Positions 48,388 through 58,640 of a stretch of DNA of 64,000 bases are shown piece by piece; the first letter of the stretch is position 1, and every line of letters begins with the position of its first letter. The notes beneath the pieces were generated by a model. That model saw nothing but the letters and a program-made list of their open reading frames with translations, was not told the origin of the DNA and made no database searches. Origin of the DNA: Candidatus Azambacteria bacterium (GTDB taxonomy: Bacteria > Patescibacteriota > Minisyncoccia > GWC2-36-17 > WO2-46-25); assembly GCA_016200965.1 (NCBI GenBank), contig JACQDT010000001.1, positions 3,544-67,543 on the forward strand. Direction: 5' to 3'. Position numbers and translations under genes: made by a program.

Positions 48388-50517
48388 TTATTTGCTTAAT
48401 AATGGCTCAACGCGCTTCAACAGCGTCGCGTTCGTTGCCACAATAATAGAAGAAGCCGACATAAGGAGCGCGGAGATCTCCGGCCGAAGCGACCAGCCCA
48501 GCGAGGTGTAAAATACGCCCGCCGCGACGGGGATCGCGAGCACGTTGTAGATCGTCGCCCAAAAGAGGTTCTGTTTCATTTTGGCGACCGTGGCTTTGCT
48601 TAGGCGGATTGCCGCCACGATGTCGTACGGGTCCGACTTCATCAGCACGATATTTGCCGTTTCTATGGCGACGTCGGTGCCCGCGCCGATGGCGATGCCG
48701 ATGTCGGCCTGGGCAAGCGCGGGCGCGTCATTAATGCCGTCGCCCACCATCGCGGTGAATTTTCCTTCTTGCTGCAATTTCTTCACGTAATCCGCCTTGT
48801 CGTGCGGAAGCACCTGCGCGAAAAATCTAGTGATACCCAGCTCGTCGGCGACCGCGCGCGCCACCTGTTCGTGGTCGCCGGTGATCATCGCGACTTCAGG
48901 TCCAAGCGCTTGTAACGCCGCAATGGTCTTTTTCGCGCTTGGACGCAAGGCATCGCGTATCGCGATTACTCCCACCGCTTTTCCGTCAATCGCGACGATG
49001 CTGAGCGGGTTGCCGTCATACGACGACTGCTCCGCTCTCTGGGTTCGCGGGTTGCCGTCATACGACGACTGCTCCGCTCTCTGGGTTCGCGGGTTGCCCT
49101 CAAGAAGCGCACGATCAATCTCCGCCTGGACGGGCGCGGTGTCAATCCTGTTTTGCGCCATCAGCTTTGTTGTGCCGACGATCACCGTCCTGCCGTCAAC
49201 TTTGGCGCGGATGCCGAGCCCGCCGAGCGCCTCAAATTTTTCCACGCGCCCGAGGGTCTTTATGTTTCTTTTTTTGGCTTCCTTTAAAATCGCGGCGCTG
49301 ACGGGATGATTCGAGCCCAGCGAAGCGGAGGCGGCGTGCGCGAGCACGGCCTCGTCCGAAAACCTTCGCGTGCCGCTCACCCGAGTAATCGCCGGCTTTC
49401 CCTCGGTAAGCGTGCCGGTTTTATCCAGCACGATCGCGGTAAGCCGCGACGTATTTTCAAGCGTTGCGGCATCTTTAATGAGAATATTATGCCTCGCGCC
49501 GATGCCGGTCCCGACCGCGACGGCGGTGGGAGTAGCAAGCCCCAGCGCGTCGGGACACGCGATGACAACGGTAGAAATGGCAAGGGTGAGCGACGCGATC
49601 AGCGTTGCGCCGGCAATGACATACCAGCCCAAAAAGGTCGCGATGCCGGCGCCCACGGCAAGCACGACAAGCCATGCCGCCGCCCGATCGGCGATGCGCT
49701 GGCCGGGCGCTTTTGAGTTCTGCGCCGTTTCCACGAGCTTAATGATCTGCGCGAGCACCGTTTCCGAGCCGACAGCCATCGCCCGGAATTTCACCATACC
49801 TGTCAGATTAACCGACCCGCCGACGACTTTCGCGGCTATGGTTTTCACAACCGGCATGGACTCTCCCGTCACGAGGGATTCATCGATTGAAGATTCTCCT
49901 TCAGTAATCTCGCCGTCCACCGGTACTTTATCGCCCGGTCGGAGCACCACAATATCACCGCGGATGATTTCCGCGCTTGCGATGCCCGTCTCTTTCCCGC
50001 CGCGGATAACATTGGCCTTCGATGGCACGAGGTCAAAAAGCGCGCGCAGGGCGTCGGACGTACCGCGCCGCGACTTCATCTCCATCCAGTGGCCGAATAG
50101 CACGAATGTCACCAGCATCGCCGCCGCTTCATAAAATGCTTCCCCGTTGCCTTTAAAAGCAAGCGCGATACTGCCCGCATATGCGGCCAAAACGCCGGTG
50201 GCGATAAGCACCGCCATATTGAGCGTGCGCGCCTTGAGCGAATAATATGTCCCCGTGATGAAAATGGAACCGGTCCAGAACACGATCGGCGTCGTCAAAA
50301 GAAAAAGAAGCCAGTTTTTCGGAATCGGCGATGGGAGCGAAACGCCAAAAAGCATTTCCCCCATCTGCGAATACAACACGATGGGAACGGTGAGCGCGAA
50401 CGAAATGAAAAATCGCCGGCGCATATCCGTTTCCATTTCCTTTGCCATCTGCGGGTTCGTCATCGCCGCTTCATGATCGCGATGGCTCACTGTATGCATA
50501 TGATGCTCGTGTTCCAT
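48388..50517 (-). CDS. Heavy-metal (Cu-type) P1B-ATPase with a 28-aa insert
   Basis: TGES, CPD, DKTGT, GDGIND, YN and MSASS motifs; His-rich N-terminus. Confidence 0.92.
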   Translation of the reverse strand: MEHEHHMHTVSHRDHEAAMTNPQMAKEMETDMRRRFFISFALTVPIVLYSQMGEMLFGVSLPSPIPKNWLLFLLTTPIVFWTGSIFITGTYYSLKARTLNMAVLIATGVLAAYAGSIALAFKGNGEAFYEAAAMLVTFVLFGHWMEMKSRRGTSDALRALFDLVPSKANVIRGGKETGIASAEIIRGDIVVLRPGDKVPVDGEITEGESSIDESLVTGESMPVVKTIAAKVVGGSVNLTGMVKFRAMAVGSETVLAQIIKLVETAQNSKAPGQRIADRAAAWLVVLAVGAGIATFLGWYVIAGATLIASLTLAISTVVIACPDALGLATPTAVAVGTGIGARHNILIKDAATLENTSRLTAIVLDKTGTLTEGKPAITRVSGTRRFSDEAVLAHAASASLGSNHPVSAAILKEAKKRNIKTLGRVEKFEALGGLGIRAKVDGRTVIVGTTKLMAQNRIDTAPVQAEIDRALLEGNPRTQRAEQSSYDGNPRTQRAEQSSYDGNPLSIVAIDGKAVGVIAIRDALRPSAKKTIAALQALGPEVAMITGDHEQVARAVADELGITRFFAQVLPHDKADYVKKLQQEGKFTAMVGDGINDAPALAQADIGIAIGAGTDVAIETANIVLMKSDPYDIVAAIRLSKATVAKMKQNLFWATIYNVLAIPVAAGVFYTSLGWSLRPEISALLMSASSIIVATNATLLKRVEPLLSK
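49014..49097 (-). repeat. 42-bp coding element, locus 4 (tandem dimer, ACC variant)
   Basis: Units 49014-49055 and 49056-49097 share the same synonymous variant. Confidence 0.95.
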
Positions 50518-50595
50518 GCCTCAATTTTAGCAAAGATATAAAAAATATGACACAGAATAGACAATAAAAACCCTTTATGGGAATATGCTATCAGA

Positions 50596-53500
50596 ATGCC
50601 CACCTTTGAAGAACGGTTCAATAAACTGAATGAGGGGCAACGAAAGGCCGTCCAAGCCATCGAGGGGCCTGTCCTTGTCATCGCCGGCCCGGGAAGCGGC
50701 AAGACGGAAATACTCGGCCTTCGCGTGGCCAATATCCTGAAAAAAACGGACACCCATCCGGGCAGCATCTTGTGCCTCACCTTCACGGATTCCGCCGCGG
50801 CAAACATGCGCGAGCGGCTTTCCGGCCTCATCGGGAGCGACGCCTACCGCGTCGTCATTGCCACGTTCCACAGTTTCAGTACCGACATCATCAACCGCTT
50901 CCCTGAATATTTTTACAACGGCGCGGCGTTCTCTCCCGCCGACGAGCTTACGCAAATGGAAATCCTTGAAGGCATATTCAAGGAATTGCCGTACGACAAT
51001 CCCTTGCGCACACAACACCCCGTGCAAGGATTCACCTATCTGGGAAGCGCGCGCAAATCGATCAGCCAGCTTAAAAAAGCCGGCATCGGCCTGGATGCGT
51101 TCGCGCGCGTTTTGAAATCAAACGCGCACGCCATCGGCGGAATAAACAAAAAGATGGAAATATTTGACGCGCGCATGAGCATGAAACAGATTGCCGCCAT
51201 CCGCGAATGCGCGGCGCAGCTTGACGTGTCTGCGCAAGAATCCGCGCTGAAAGAATACGCGCCGCTTGCGCACGCGGTCGCGCGCTCTCTTGAAGAAGCC
51301 GTTTCTTTAGCAGGAGAACAAGATACAATCGCGCCGCTATCCAGGTGGAAATCCGACTGGGTAAAAAAGAATGATGATATGCGTGTCTTTAAAGATACGA
51401 TGTACATGGAGAAGCTTTCCGCGCTTGCTGACGTTTATAACACATACCTGACCCGTATGCATGAGCGCGGGTATTACGATTTCGACGACATGCTTTTGAA
51501 CGTCCTTGAAGCGCTTGAACGCAACAGCGCGCTTCGCTATGAACTGCAGGAGCGGTATCAATACATTCTTGTGGATGAATTTCAGGACACCAACGATGCC
51601 CAGATGAAGCTGATCTCTTTTTTGACCGACGCCCGGGTGCACGAAGGGCGGCCCAACATCATGGTGGTGGGAGACGACGACCAGGCGGTGTATAAATTCC
51701 AGGGGGCTGAAATTTCAAACATCCTTGAGTTTCAAAGGCGATATCGCGACCCCGAGATCATCACGCTCACGCATAATTACCGCTCGCGCCAGGATATTTT
51801 AGACCTTGCCCGCCATATCATCCTGAAAGGAACGGAGCGGCTTGAACGGCGCATCGCCGGCCTTCGCAAAGATCTCGTCGCGGCGGGAAACAATATAAAA
51901 GAGGGTGCGATTGCAAGCCGCGTGTTCCCCTCAAGCGCGCACGAACGCCACTTTATAGGAAAAGAAATAAAAAAACTCATTGAAGGCGGCGCCAAGCCCG
52001 ACCACATAGTCGTTATCGCGCGACACCACCGCGACCTTGAAGCGCTTCTGCCGTACTTCGCCGCATCGGGCATTCCCGTCGCCTATGAACGCCAGCGCAA
52101 CGTGCTTCACGAGCCGCATGTGTACCAGATAATCCAAATCGCCAGATTCATATCTTCGCTCGCGCGGAAAAATCGCGCCGAAGCGGACGAATATCTTCCC
52201 GAAATTTTGAGCTTTCCTTTCTGGGGACTTGAGCGCAACACCATATGGGAGCTTTCCGCTTCGGCGGGGGCGCGAGGGGCGTTGTGGCTTGAAACGATGA
52301 TGCATCACACGGACGCGCGTTTGCGAAGCATAGCCGATCTTTTCCTTAACCTTGCTTTGCGCGCACAACACGAACCGGCCGAATACGTGCTTGACGCGAT
52401 CATCGGCTCGCCGTCATACGACGACCGCTCCGCTCTCTGGGTTCGCGGGTCGCATGAGAACGCCATGGAGGGCGGGGCCGTAAGCCCGTTTCGCGAATAT
52501 TACTTCGGCAAAGAGAAATTCGCGCGCGACAAAGCGACGTATCTTTCGTTCCTTTCCGGCCTGCACGCGTTCGTGCGGGCGCTTCGCGAATACAAGCAGG
52601 GACGATTTTTGAAGATAGACGATCTCGTTGCGTTCGTGGATATGCACGAAAAAAATAACATGCCCATCACCGACCAGAGCCCGTTCGTCGCCGCCGACAA
52701 GGCAGTGCATCTGCTTTCCGCCCATAAGGCAAAGGGGCTTGAATTTGAAACGGTGTTTGTCCTTTCCTGCCAAGACAACATATGGGCGGGGTCGCCGCGT
52801 GGATCCATGCTTCCCTTCCCCATGAACCTGCCCATCGCCCCCGCCGGCGACACCATGGACGACCAGCTCCGGCTTTTTTACGTCGCGCTCACGCGGGCGA
52901 AACACAACCTATACCTCACTTCATTTGAAAAAATGGAAAACGGAAAAAGCTCGGCGCGACTGCGCTTCCTTATAGAGGAGGAAGGCGGCCACATGAAAAC
53001 AAACGTCAAAGCGGCATTGGCGCCTGCGCCCGAAGAAAAAGAAGATACGCCCGAGCCGACCGACATCTTTTCGGCAGGGTGGGAACAGTACAACCGCGGC
53101 CCTCGTATCGCCGACGAAGAAGCGCTTTTGCGCGCGCTCGTGAAGGACTATCAAATGAGCGTGACACATCTGAATAATTTCCTGAACGTGAAAAAAGGCG
53201 GTCCGCAGGCATTTTTGGAACAAAATCTTCTGCGGTTCCCTCAGGCAAAAACGCCGTCTTTATCCTACGGCTCGGCGATGCACAAAGCGATCGAGCTTTT
53301 GTATCTCCGCTTCAAAAAAGAAGGAGTGCTTCCACCGCCGGAGCATCTGACGCAAGCATTTGAACGCGCGCTTGAAATGCAGCGCCTCGCCAAAGATGAC
53401 TTTATGAAATATCTCGCTCAGGGAAAAAACGCTCTTACGAAATTTTACGAAATGAAAAAAGAACGATTTTCCCAAAGCGACCTGGTGGAAGTCAATTTCA

Positions 53501-53940
53501 AAAATCAGGGCGTGCTGGTGGGCGAGGCGCACTTGACGGGCAAACTTGATAAGATGGTATTTAAAAGCGCGAATGAAATAGTGGTACACGATTTCAAAAC
53601 AGGAAACCCCGCCGACGAATGGGAGGGCGAGGGCGTGTACGAAAAAATAAAACTGCACAATTACAAGCGGCAGCTGGTATTTTACAAACTGCTTGTGGAA
53701 TACTCGCGCGATTTTTCGGAGAGATACGCCGTCCATAGAGGCGTGCTGGAATTTTTGGAACCCTATCATGGGAAAATCATCGACCTGCCGCTTGAGATAA
53801 GCGGCGAGGACGTGAAACGAACGACCGCGCTTATCGGGGTCGTCTACAAAAAGATCCTGTCGCTTGATTTCCACGATATCTCAAAATACTCCAAGGACCT
53901 CGCCGGCACGCTTGAGTTCGAAGAAGATTTGTTGAAATAA
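50596..53940 (+). CDS. UvrD/PcrA-family helicase fused to a PD-(D/E)XK nuclease
   Basis: AGPGSGKT, VDEFQD, HKAKGLEF, YVALTRA; C-terminal GKLDK...DFKTG...QL-FY. Confidence 0.9.
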   Translation: MPTFEERFNKLNEGQRKAVQAIEGPVLVIAGPGSGKTEILGLRVANILKKTDTHPGSILCLTFTDSAAANMRERLSGLIGSDAYRVVIATFHSFSTDIINRFPEYFYNGAAFSPADELTQMEILEGIFKELPYDNPLRTQHPVQGFTYLGSARKSISQLKKAGIGLDAFARVLKSNAHAIGGINKKMEIFDARMSMKQIAAIRECAAQLDVSAQESALKEYAPLAHAVARSLEEAVSLAGEQDTIAPLSRWKSDWVKKNDDMRVFKDTMYMEKLSALADVYNTYLTRMHERGYYDFDDMLLNVLEALERNSALRYELQERYQYILVDEFQDTNDAQMKLISFLTDARVHEGRPNIMVVGDDDQAVYKFQGAEISNILEFQRRYRDPEIITLTHNYRSRQDILDLARHIILKGTERLERRIAGLRKDLVAAGNNIKEGAIASRVFPSSAHERHFIGKEIKKLIEGGAKPDHIVVIARHHRDLEALLPYFAASGIPVAYERQRNVLHEPHVYQIIQIARFISSLARKNRAEADEYLPEILSFPFWGLERNTIWELSASAGARGALWLETMMHHTDARLRSIADLFLNLALRAQHEPAEYVLDAIIGSPSYDDRSALWVRGSHENAMEGGAVSPFREYYFGKEKFARDKATYLSFLSGLHAFVRALREYKQGRFLKIDDLVAFVDMHEKNNMPITDQSPFVAADKAVHLLSAHKAKGLEFETVFVLSCQDNIWAGSPRGSMLPFPMNLPIAPAGDTMDDQLRLFYVALTRAKHNLYLTSFEKMENGKSSARLRFLIEEEGGHMKTNVKAALAPAPEEKEDTPEPTDIFSAGWEQYNRGPRIADEEALLRALVKDYQMSVTHLNNFLNVKKGGPQAFLEQNLLRFPQAKTPSLSYGSAMHKAIELLYLRFKKEGVLPPPEHLTQAFERALEMQRLAKDDFMKYLAQGKNALTKFYEMKKERFSQSDLVEVNFKNQGVLVGEAHLTGKLDKMVFKSANEIVVHDFKTGNPADEWEGEGVYEKIKLHNYKRQLVFYKLLVEYSRDFSERYAVHRGVLEFLEPYHGKIIDLPLEISGEDVKRTTALIGVVYKKILSLDFHDISKYSKDLAGTLEFEEDLLK
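52412..52453 (-). repeat. 42-bp coding element, locus 5 (antisense to host gene)
   Basis: Read as PSYDDRSALWVRGS in the helicase; 3 substitutions versus consensus. Confidence 0.9.
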
Positions 53941-53944
53941 AACG

Positions 53945-53969
53945 CGAGCCCCTTTTGTTAAGGGGCTCG
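53945..53969. terminator. Hairpin between convergent genes
   Basis: CGAGCCCCTT-TTGTT-AAGGGGCTCG. Confidence 0.7.
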
Positions 53970-53973
53970 TTAT

Positions 53974-54249
53974 TCAGAAAAGGGATCTTTTTCTGAACGG
54001 GGGGAGAACCGTGCGGACTATATTGTGCAAAGTGTCGTATAGAATCCGGACGGTGACGTTATCCAAACTCACTTCCCATTCGGTAATCCGCCTGCTGCGC
54101 CGGCGGATAAAATTTCCATCGCCGCGCTGGATCTTCCGCGAAAAATTCTTTATTTGTTCTTTTGTGAATGTGAGACCATACCGAAGGATCCCTCTTTTTG
54201 CGATATGCCGCATGACTCTTCTTGCCCCGAAAGTTCTATTTCTCCGCAT
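53974..54249 (-). CDS. Small basic hypothetical protein
   Basis: SD GAGGAGG; H-R-RYG...YD...TVLP. Confidence 0.55.
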   Translation of the reverse strand: MRRNRTFGARRVMRHIAKRGILRYGLTFTKEQIKNFSRKIQRGDGNFIRRRSRRITEWEVSLDNVTVRILYDTLHNIVRTVLPPFRKRSLF

Positions 54250-54332
54250 GCTCACACCTCCTCTCCAATTCTCTAATGTAATGACTGATCCATATTACCA
54301 TGTGCGCATTCATAAATCAATGGACATAATAT

Positions 54333-55295
54333 TTATTTTTCACTCTGTATCTTGTTCAGGATTTTCTTGACCTCTTCCAAGCTGTCCGAATCGTGAATAG
54401 AAATGGCAATGGCTTTTTTGTTCAATTTTTTCAAAATGGCGATCTTTCTTTTCAATTCTTTCGGTGCCACCATATCGCTTTTGGTAAAAAATACGTATTC
54501 GGACTTCTCTCCCAATTCCTTGCTATACGTTTCCAGCTCTTTTCTGATGATGCGCCAGTCGCGCGCGCAATCTTCCGATTCCGCAGACACAAGATGAAAG
54601 ATGATTTTCGTCCGCTCAATGTGCTTGAGGAATTTTATCCCAAGGCCCTTGCCGCCCGACGCTCCTTCAATGAGTCCAGGAATATCGGCTAAAATCAATT
54701 CAAAATACGCGCCCAGAGACGGCTCAAGCGTCGTAAAAGGATAATTGGCGACTTTACTCTGCGCGCCGGTCAGCTCATTGAGCAAACTGGATTTCCCCGC
54801 GTTGGGCAAGCCGACAAGACCGACATCGGCGATGAGTTTTAACTCAAGCCGCAGAACGTATTCTTCCCCAGGTGTGCCCCTCTGAAACTGCATCGGAGTG
54901 GTGTTTCTCGGCGATCTGAATTTAAAATTCCCTTTGCCGCCAAACCCCCCGCTCGCCGCCAAGATACGCTCTTTCGTTTTTACTATTTCTTTTTGCTCGC
55001 CTGTATCTGTGTTGCGTATGACAGTCCCCACCGGAATTTTCAAAATAAGGTCCGGCACATCCGCGCCGTCCATGAACTGACCCCTCCCATCCGCGCCGTT
55101 TTTTGTGAGAAACTCTTTTTTATGTTTGAACTGCGAAAGAGCGCTGAGATCGGAAACCCCTTCAAAATAAATATCGCCGCCTTTGCCGCCATCACCGCCG
55201 CACGGACCTAAGCTCATTTTATTCTTGTTGAACGCGGCTTTTCCCGCCCCTCCGTCCCCCGCCTTTATCCTGATGGTGATATCGTCGATAAGCAT
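54333..55295 (-). CDS. obgE: GTPase Obg
   Basis: Gly-rich Obg fold, GLPNAGKS, YPFTT, DIPG. Confidence 0.95.
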   Translation of the reverse strand: MLIDDITIRIKAGDGGAGKAAFNKNKMSLGPCGGDGGKGGDIYFEGVSDLSALSQFKHKKEFLTKNGADGRGQFMDGADVPDLILKIPVGTVIRNTDTGEQKEIVKTKERILAASGGFGGKGNFKFRSPRNTTPMQFQRGTPGEEYVLRLELKLIADVGLVGLPNAGKSSLLNELTGAQSKVANYPFTTLEPSLGAYFELILADIPGLIEGASGGKGLGIKFLKHIERTKIIFHLVSAESEDCARDWRIIRKELETYSKELGEKSEYVFFTKSDMVAPKELKRKIAILKKLNKKAIAISIHDSDSLEEVKKILNKIQSEK

Positions 55296-55389
55296 AGTTG
55301 TTGTTTAACGGCAGGCACATATGCACCAAATCGCTTGTATGGCGCGTAACATACAGTATAATGATATCGTCTACATAAGCAAGCAACCT

Positions 55390-55938
55390 ATGAGAAAATT
55401 TTTCCTGTCATCTTCTGTCATCGCGCTTTTTGCCTTGTACGTGTTATTTCCGCGTCCGCGGGCCGAAGATACGCACGCCATCATACCTTCTCTTGCAAAT
55501 GAAAATAAAAAACAAAGCCGCCCTGTCGCCGGCATACCGGCGACAATAACGCCCCCGAACATTCTTGCGCCGACCCAGGTTCCCGTGCAGGCGCCAAAAC
55601 CAAAACCGGCACCGACTCCTGCGCGTGTGATAGCAAAAAATAAACCGCTTTTTAAAGACGGGGAATATGTCGGCAATGTCGCCGACGCCTATTACGGATA
55701 CATACAAGTGAAAGCCGTCATTGAAAACGGGAAAATCACCGATGTGCAGTTTCTGGAATATCCCAACGACAGAAGGACCTCCATCGCGATCAATACCGAG
55801 GCGATGCCGCTTCTGAAAATGGAAGCGATCCGCGCGCAAAACGCGCAGGTAAATATTATTTCTGGAGCGACCGACAGCAGTATTGCCTTCAGAGAATCAT
55901 TGGCATATGCGCTGACACAAGCAAAAAACCAAACATGA
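55390..55938 (+). CDS. Extracytoplasmic FMN-binding domain protein
   Basis: TM, Pro-rich linker, DGEYVG...YG, flavinylation motif SGAT. Confidence 0.85.
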   Translation: MRKFFLSSSVIALFALYVLFPRPRAEDTHAIIPSLANENKKQSRPVAGIPATITPPNILAPTQVPVQAPKPKPAPTPARVIAKNKPLFKDGEYVGNVADAYYGYIQVKAVIENGKITDVQFLEYPNDRRTSIAINTEAMPLLKMEAIRAQNAQVNIISGATDSSIAFRESLAYALTQAKNQT

Positions 55939-56687
55939 CTGAAACAAGAACGCTTATGGGAATGACGATAACCGTAGAGATTGCGGACACCTCCGCAAGT
56001 AAAGACATCTTGGACGAGGTGTTTGCTTTTTTTGAATATGTGGACGCAACATTCAGCACCTATAAAGACACAAGCGAGATAACGCGCATAAATAAAAAAG
56101 AGTTGCGGCCGGCCGATTACGGCGAAGACATGAAAACGGTCCTTGCATTGTCCGAACAGACAAAAAAAGAAACAAACGGATATTTTGACATCATCGCCCC
56201 AGACGGCACCTACGACCCTTCCGGCCTGGTGAAAGGATGGGCGATATATCGCGCGGCGCAGTTGCTCGAACAACGCGGCATGAAACATTTTTATGTGAAT
56301 GCGGGAGGAGACATCCAGACCCGCGGGAAAAACAATGCGGGAGAAAAATGGAGCGTGGGCATTAAAAATCCGTTCAATACAAAAGAAATAGTAAAAACGG
56401 TCTTTCTGCAAAACGAGGGGGTAGCGACATCGGGAACTTACCTGCGCGGACAGCATATTTGGAATCCGAAAAAAAGGAGCGAGGCGCTTACGGAAATCGT
56501 GAGCATCACCGTCATCGGGCCGAATGTATATGAAGCCGACCGGTTTGCAACCGCTGCGTTCGCGATGGGCAAAGACGGCATCGGCTTCATCGAAAAATTA
56601 AGCGGCTTTGAAGGATATCAAATTGATAAAAACGGCATGGCCACGATGACAAGCGGCTTTGAAGAATACACCAACGCACATGCTTAA
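55935..56687 (+). CDS. apbE: FAD:protein FMN transferase
   Basis: MGM, DPSGLVKGW, NAGGD, ATSG-Y, ADRFATA. Confidence 0.9.
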   Translation: MTETRTLMGMTITVEIADTSASKDILDEVFAFFEYVDATFSTYKDTSEITRINKKELRPADYGEDMKTVLALSEQTKKETNGYFDIIAPDGTYDPSGLVKGWAIYRAAQLLEQRGMKHFYVNAGGDIQTRGKNNAGEKWSVGIKNPFNTKEIVKTVFLQNEGVATSGTYLRGQHIWNPKKRSEALTEIVSITVIGPNVYEADRFATAAFAMGKDGIGFIEKLSGFEGYQIDKNGMATMTSGFEEYTNAHA

Positions 56688-58209
56688 TATGGCAGACAAT
56701 TTCCTGAATCAGATAACGATGTATCGGCTGGTCCTGTATTATTTGGCGTTTCTTTTAATCGTCGCCATAGCGCTTGGCACGGTGGGATGGTTGCCGTATC
56801 ATCCTATTTCTCTTGCCGGTTCAGCGCTCATCCTGCTTGCCGCATGCTGGATCACCAATATGATCTTTGCACATGTATTTGAAGCGCAAACGAACGTGGA
56901 ATCGGCATACATCACCGCGCTCATTTTGGCGCTCATCATCACGCCGCCGCTGTTCACCAATTTTTCGGGAAGCATTCCGTTTCTCATATGGGTATCGGTA
57001 TGGGCGATGGCGTCAAAATACATGTTCGCGATAGGCAAAAAACACATCTTCAACCCCGCCGCATTCGCAGTGGCGCTGACCGCCGCTTCCATCGACCAGT
57101 CCGCAAGCTGGTGGATCGGCACTCTTTCCATGATGCCTTTTGTCATCATAGGCGGACTGCTTGTGGTGAAAAAAATATTGCGAAGCGGTCTTGTGTTCGG
57201 ATTTTTAACCGGCGCGATGGTTTCCATTTTGGGATTTGCAATGCTACGAGGATCGAATCTGTTAGCAATCGCCGGAAAATCGCTTTTTGAATCTCCCCTG
57301 CTATTTTTTGCTTTCATCATGATCACCGAACCGCTCACCACGCCGCCGACAAAAAAGCTCCAAGTCCTTTACGGCACCCTGGTGGGACTGCTCTTTGCTC
57401 CCGCAGTACATGTCGGATCGCTTTATTTTACCCCTGAACTTGCATTGCTTGCGGGAAATATTTTTTCATATGCGGTAAGTCCGAAAAGAAAGCATGTATT
57501 GCGACTCAAAGAAAAAATAAATACCGCGACAGATACATGGGATTTTATATTTCACCCCGATAAAAAAGTGGCATTCCGTCCCGGACAGTATATGGAATGG
57601 ACGCTCGGGCACGCCCGCCCCGACAACAGGGGTAACCGGCGGTACTTCACCGTCGCGTCTTCTCCCACGGAAAAAGAAGTGCGGCTTGGAATCAAGTTTT
57701 ACCCTCACTCAAGCAGTTTCAAAAAATCGCTGATGGCTCTGGACCCCGGCGACACCATATCCGCCTCTCAGCTTGCGGGTGACTTCGTCCTGCCCACAGA
57801 CAAAACGAAAAAACTGGTTTTTATCGCAGGGGGGATCGGCGTCACACCCTTTCGGAGCATAGTGAAATATCTTCTGGACGCCAATGAAAAAAGACAGATA
57901 ACCGTACTGTATTCAAATAAAACACCCGCAGACATCGCGTATAAAGACGTGTTTGACGAGGCAGAAAAACAGCTTGCGATAAAAACGGTCTATGCAATCA
58001 CCGATGGCGGAACGGTTCCACCTTCATGGCGGGCGCGATTGGGTTTTATCACGCCACGCATGATAGCCGAAGAAGTCCCCGACTACAAAGAAAGATTCTT
58101 CTATATATCCGGTCCCCACGCAATGGTGGTTGCGTTCAAAAAAACGTTACGAAACATGGGAATTCCCCGAAAACGGATCAAAACGGATTTCTTCCCCGGA
58201 TTCGTTTAA
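56680..58209 (+). CDS. RnfD/NqrB-like membrane domain fused to a ferredoxin-NADP reductase-like domain
   Basis: HIFNPAA, MITEPLTTP; RYFTVASSP, AGGIGVTPF, SGP, DFFPG. Confidence 0.85.
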   Translation: MLNMADNFLNQITMYRLVLYYLAFLLIVAIALGTVGWLPYHPISLAGSALILLAACWITNMIFAHVFEAQTNVESAYITALILALIITPPLFTNFSGSIPFLIWVSVWAMASKYMFAIGKKHIFNPAAFAVALTAASIDQSASWWIGTLSMMPFVIIGGLLVVKKILRSGLVFGFLTGAMVSILGFAMLRGSNLLAIAGKSLFESPLLFFAFIMITEPLTTPPTKKLQVLYGTLVGLLFAPAVHVGSLYFTPELALLAGNIFSYAVSPKRKHVLRLKEKINTATDTWDFIFHPDKKVAFRPGQYMEWTLGHARPDNRGNRRYFTVASSPTEKEVRLGIKFYPHSSSFKKSLMALDPGDTISASQLAGDFVLPTDKTKKLVFIAGGIGVTPFRSIVKYLLDANEKRQITVLYSNKTPADIAYKDVFDEAEKQLAIKTVYAITDGGTVPPSWRARLGFITPRMIAEEVPDYKERFFYISGPHAMVVAFKKTLRNMGIPRKRIKTDFFPGFV

Positions 58210-58573
58210 ACCCCATTCTCATTTTTATATTCCGAATTTTTGAACACGGGCGCCAAAGAGATTCTTTTACGTATGTTACCTTCCTATCAAGGGGCGTATC
58301 GGCGGAGGTGTTGATGACATTGTGCGTACTGCCCGCCGGCACAATGACGGCATCGCCATCTCCGATCACATGATCCGTGCCGTCGACAATCACCTTACCC
58401 TCTCCTGACTCAAAACGGAAGAATTGATCCACCGTATGCGCTTCTGTGCCGATCTCTTCCCCGGGCTTTAAGCGCATGGCAACCAGCTGGCTATGCCGTG
58501 CCGTATACAATACCCGCCGATAATCCGTATTTTTTCTCGTCTCATCTTCGATGTGTCCGAAATATCCTTTCAT
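58178..58573 (-). pseudogene. Cupin domain protein, apparently truncated near 58285
   Basis: EIGTEAH-VDQFF, VPAG-HNV-NT; the tail after DTPL is not cupin-like and overlaps the convergent gene. Confidence 0.55.
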
Positions 58574-58640
58574 ATGATTAAAGCGGATTTAATGATATTA
58601 TTTTTGTGGTCTTTCTTTTTGTTATATTAGCATTTATTGC

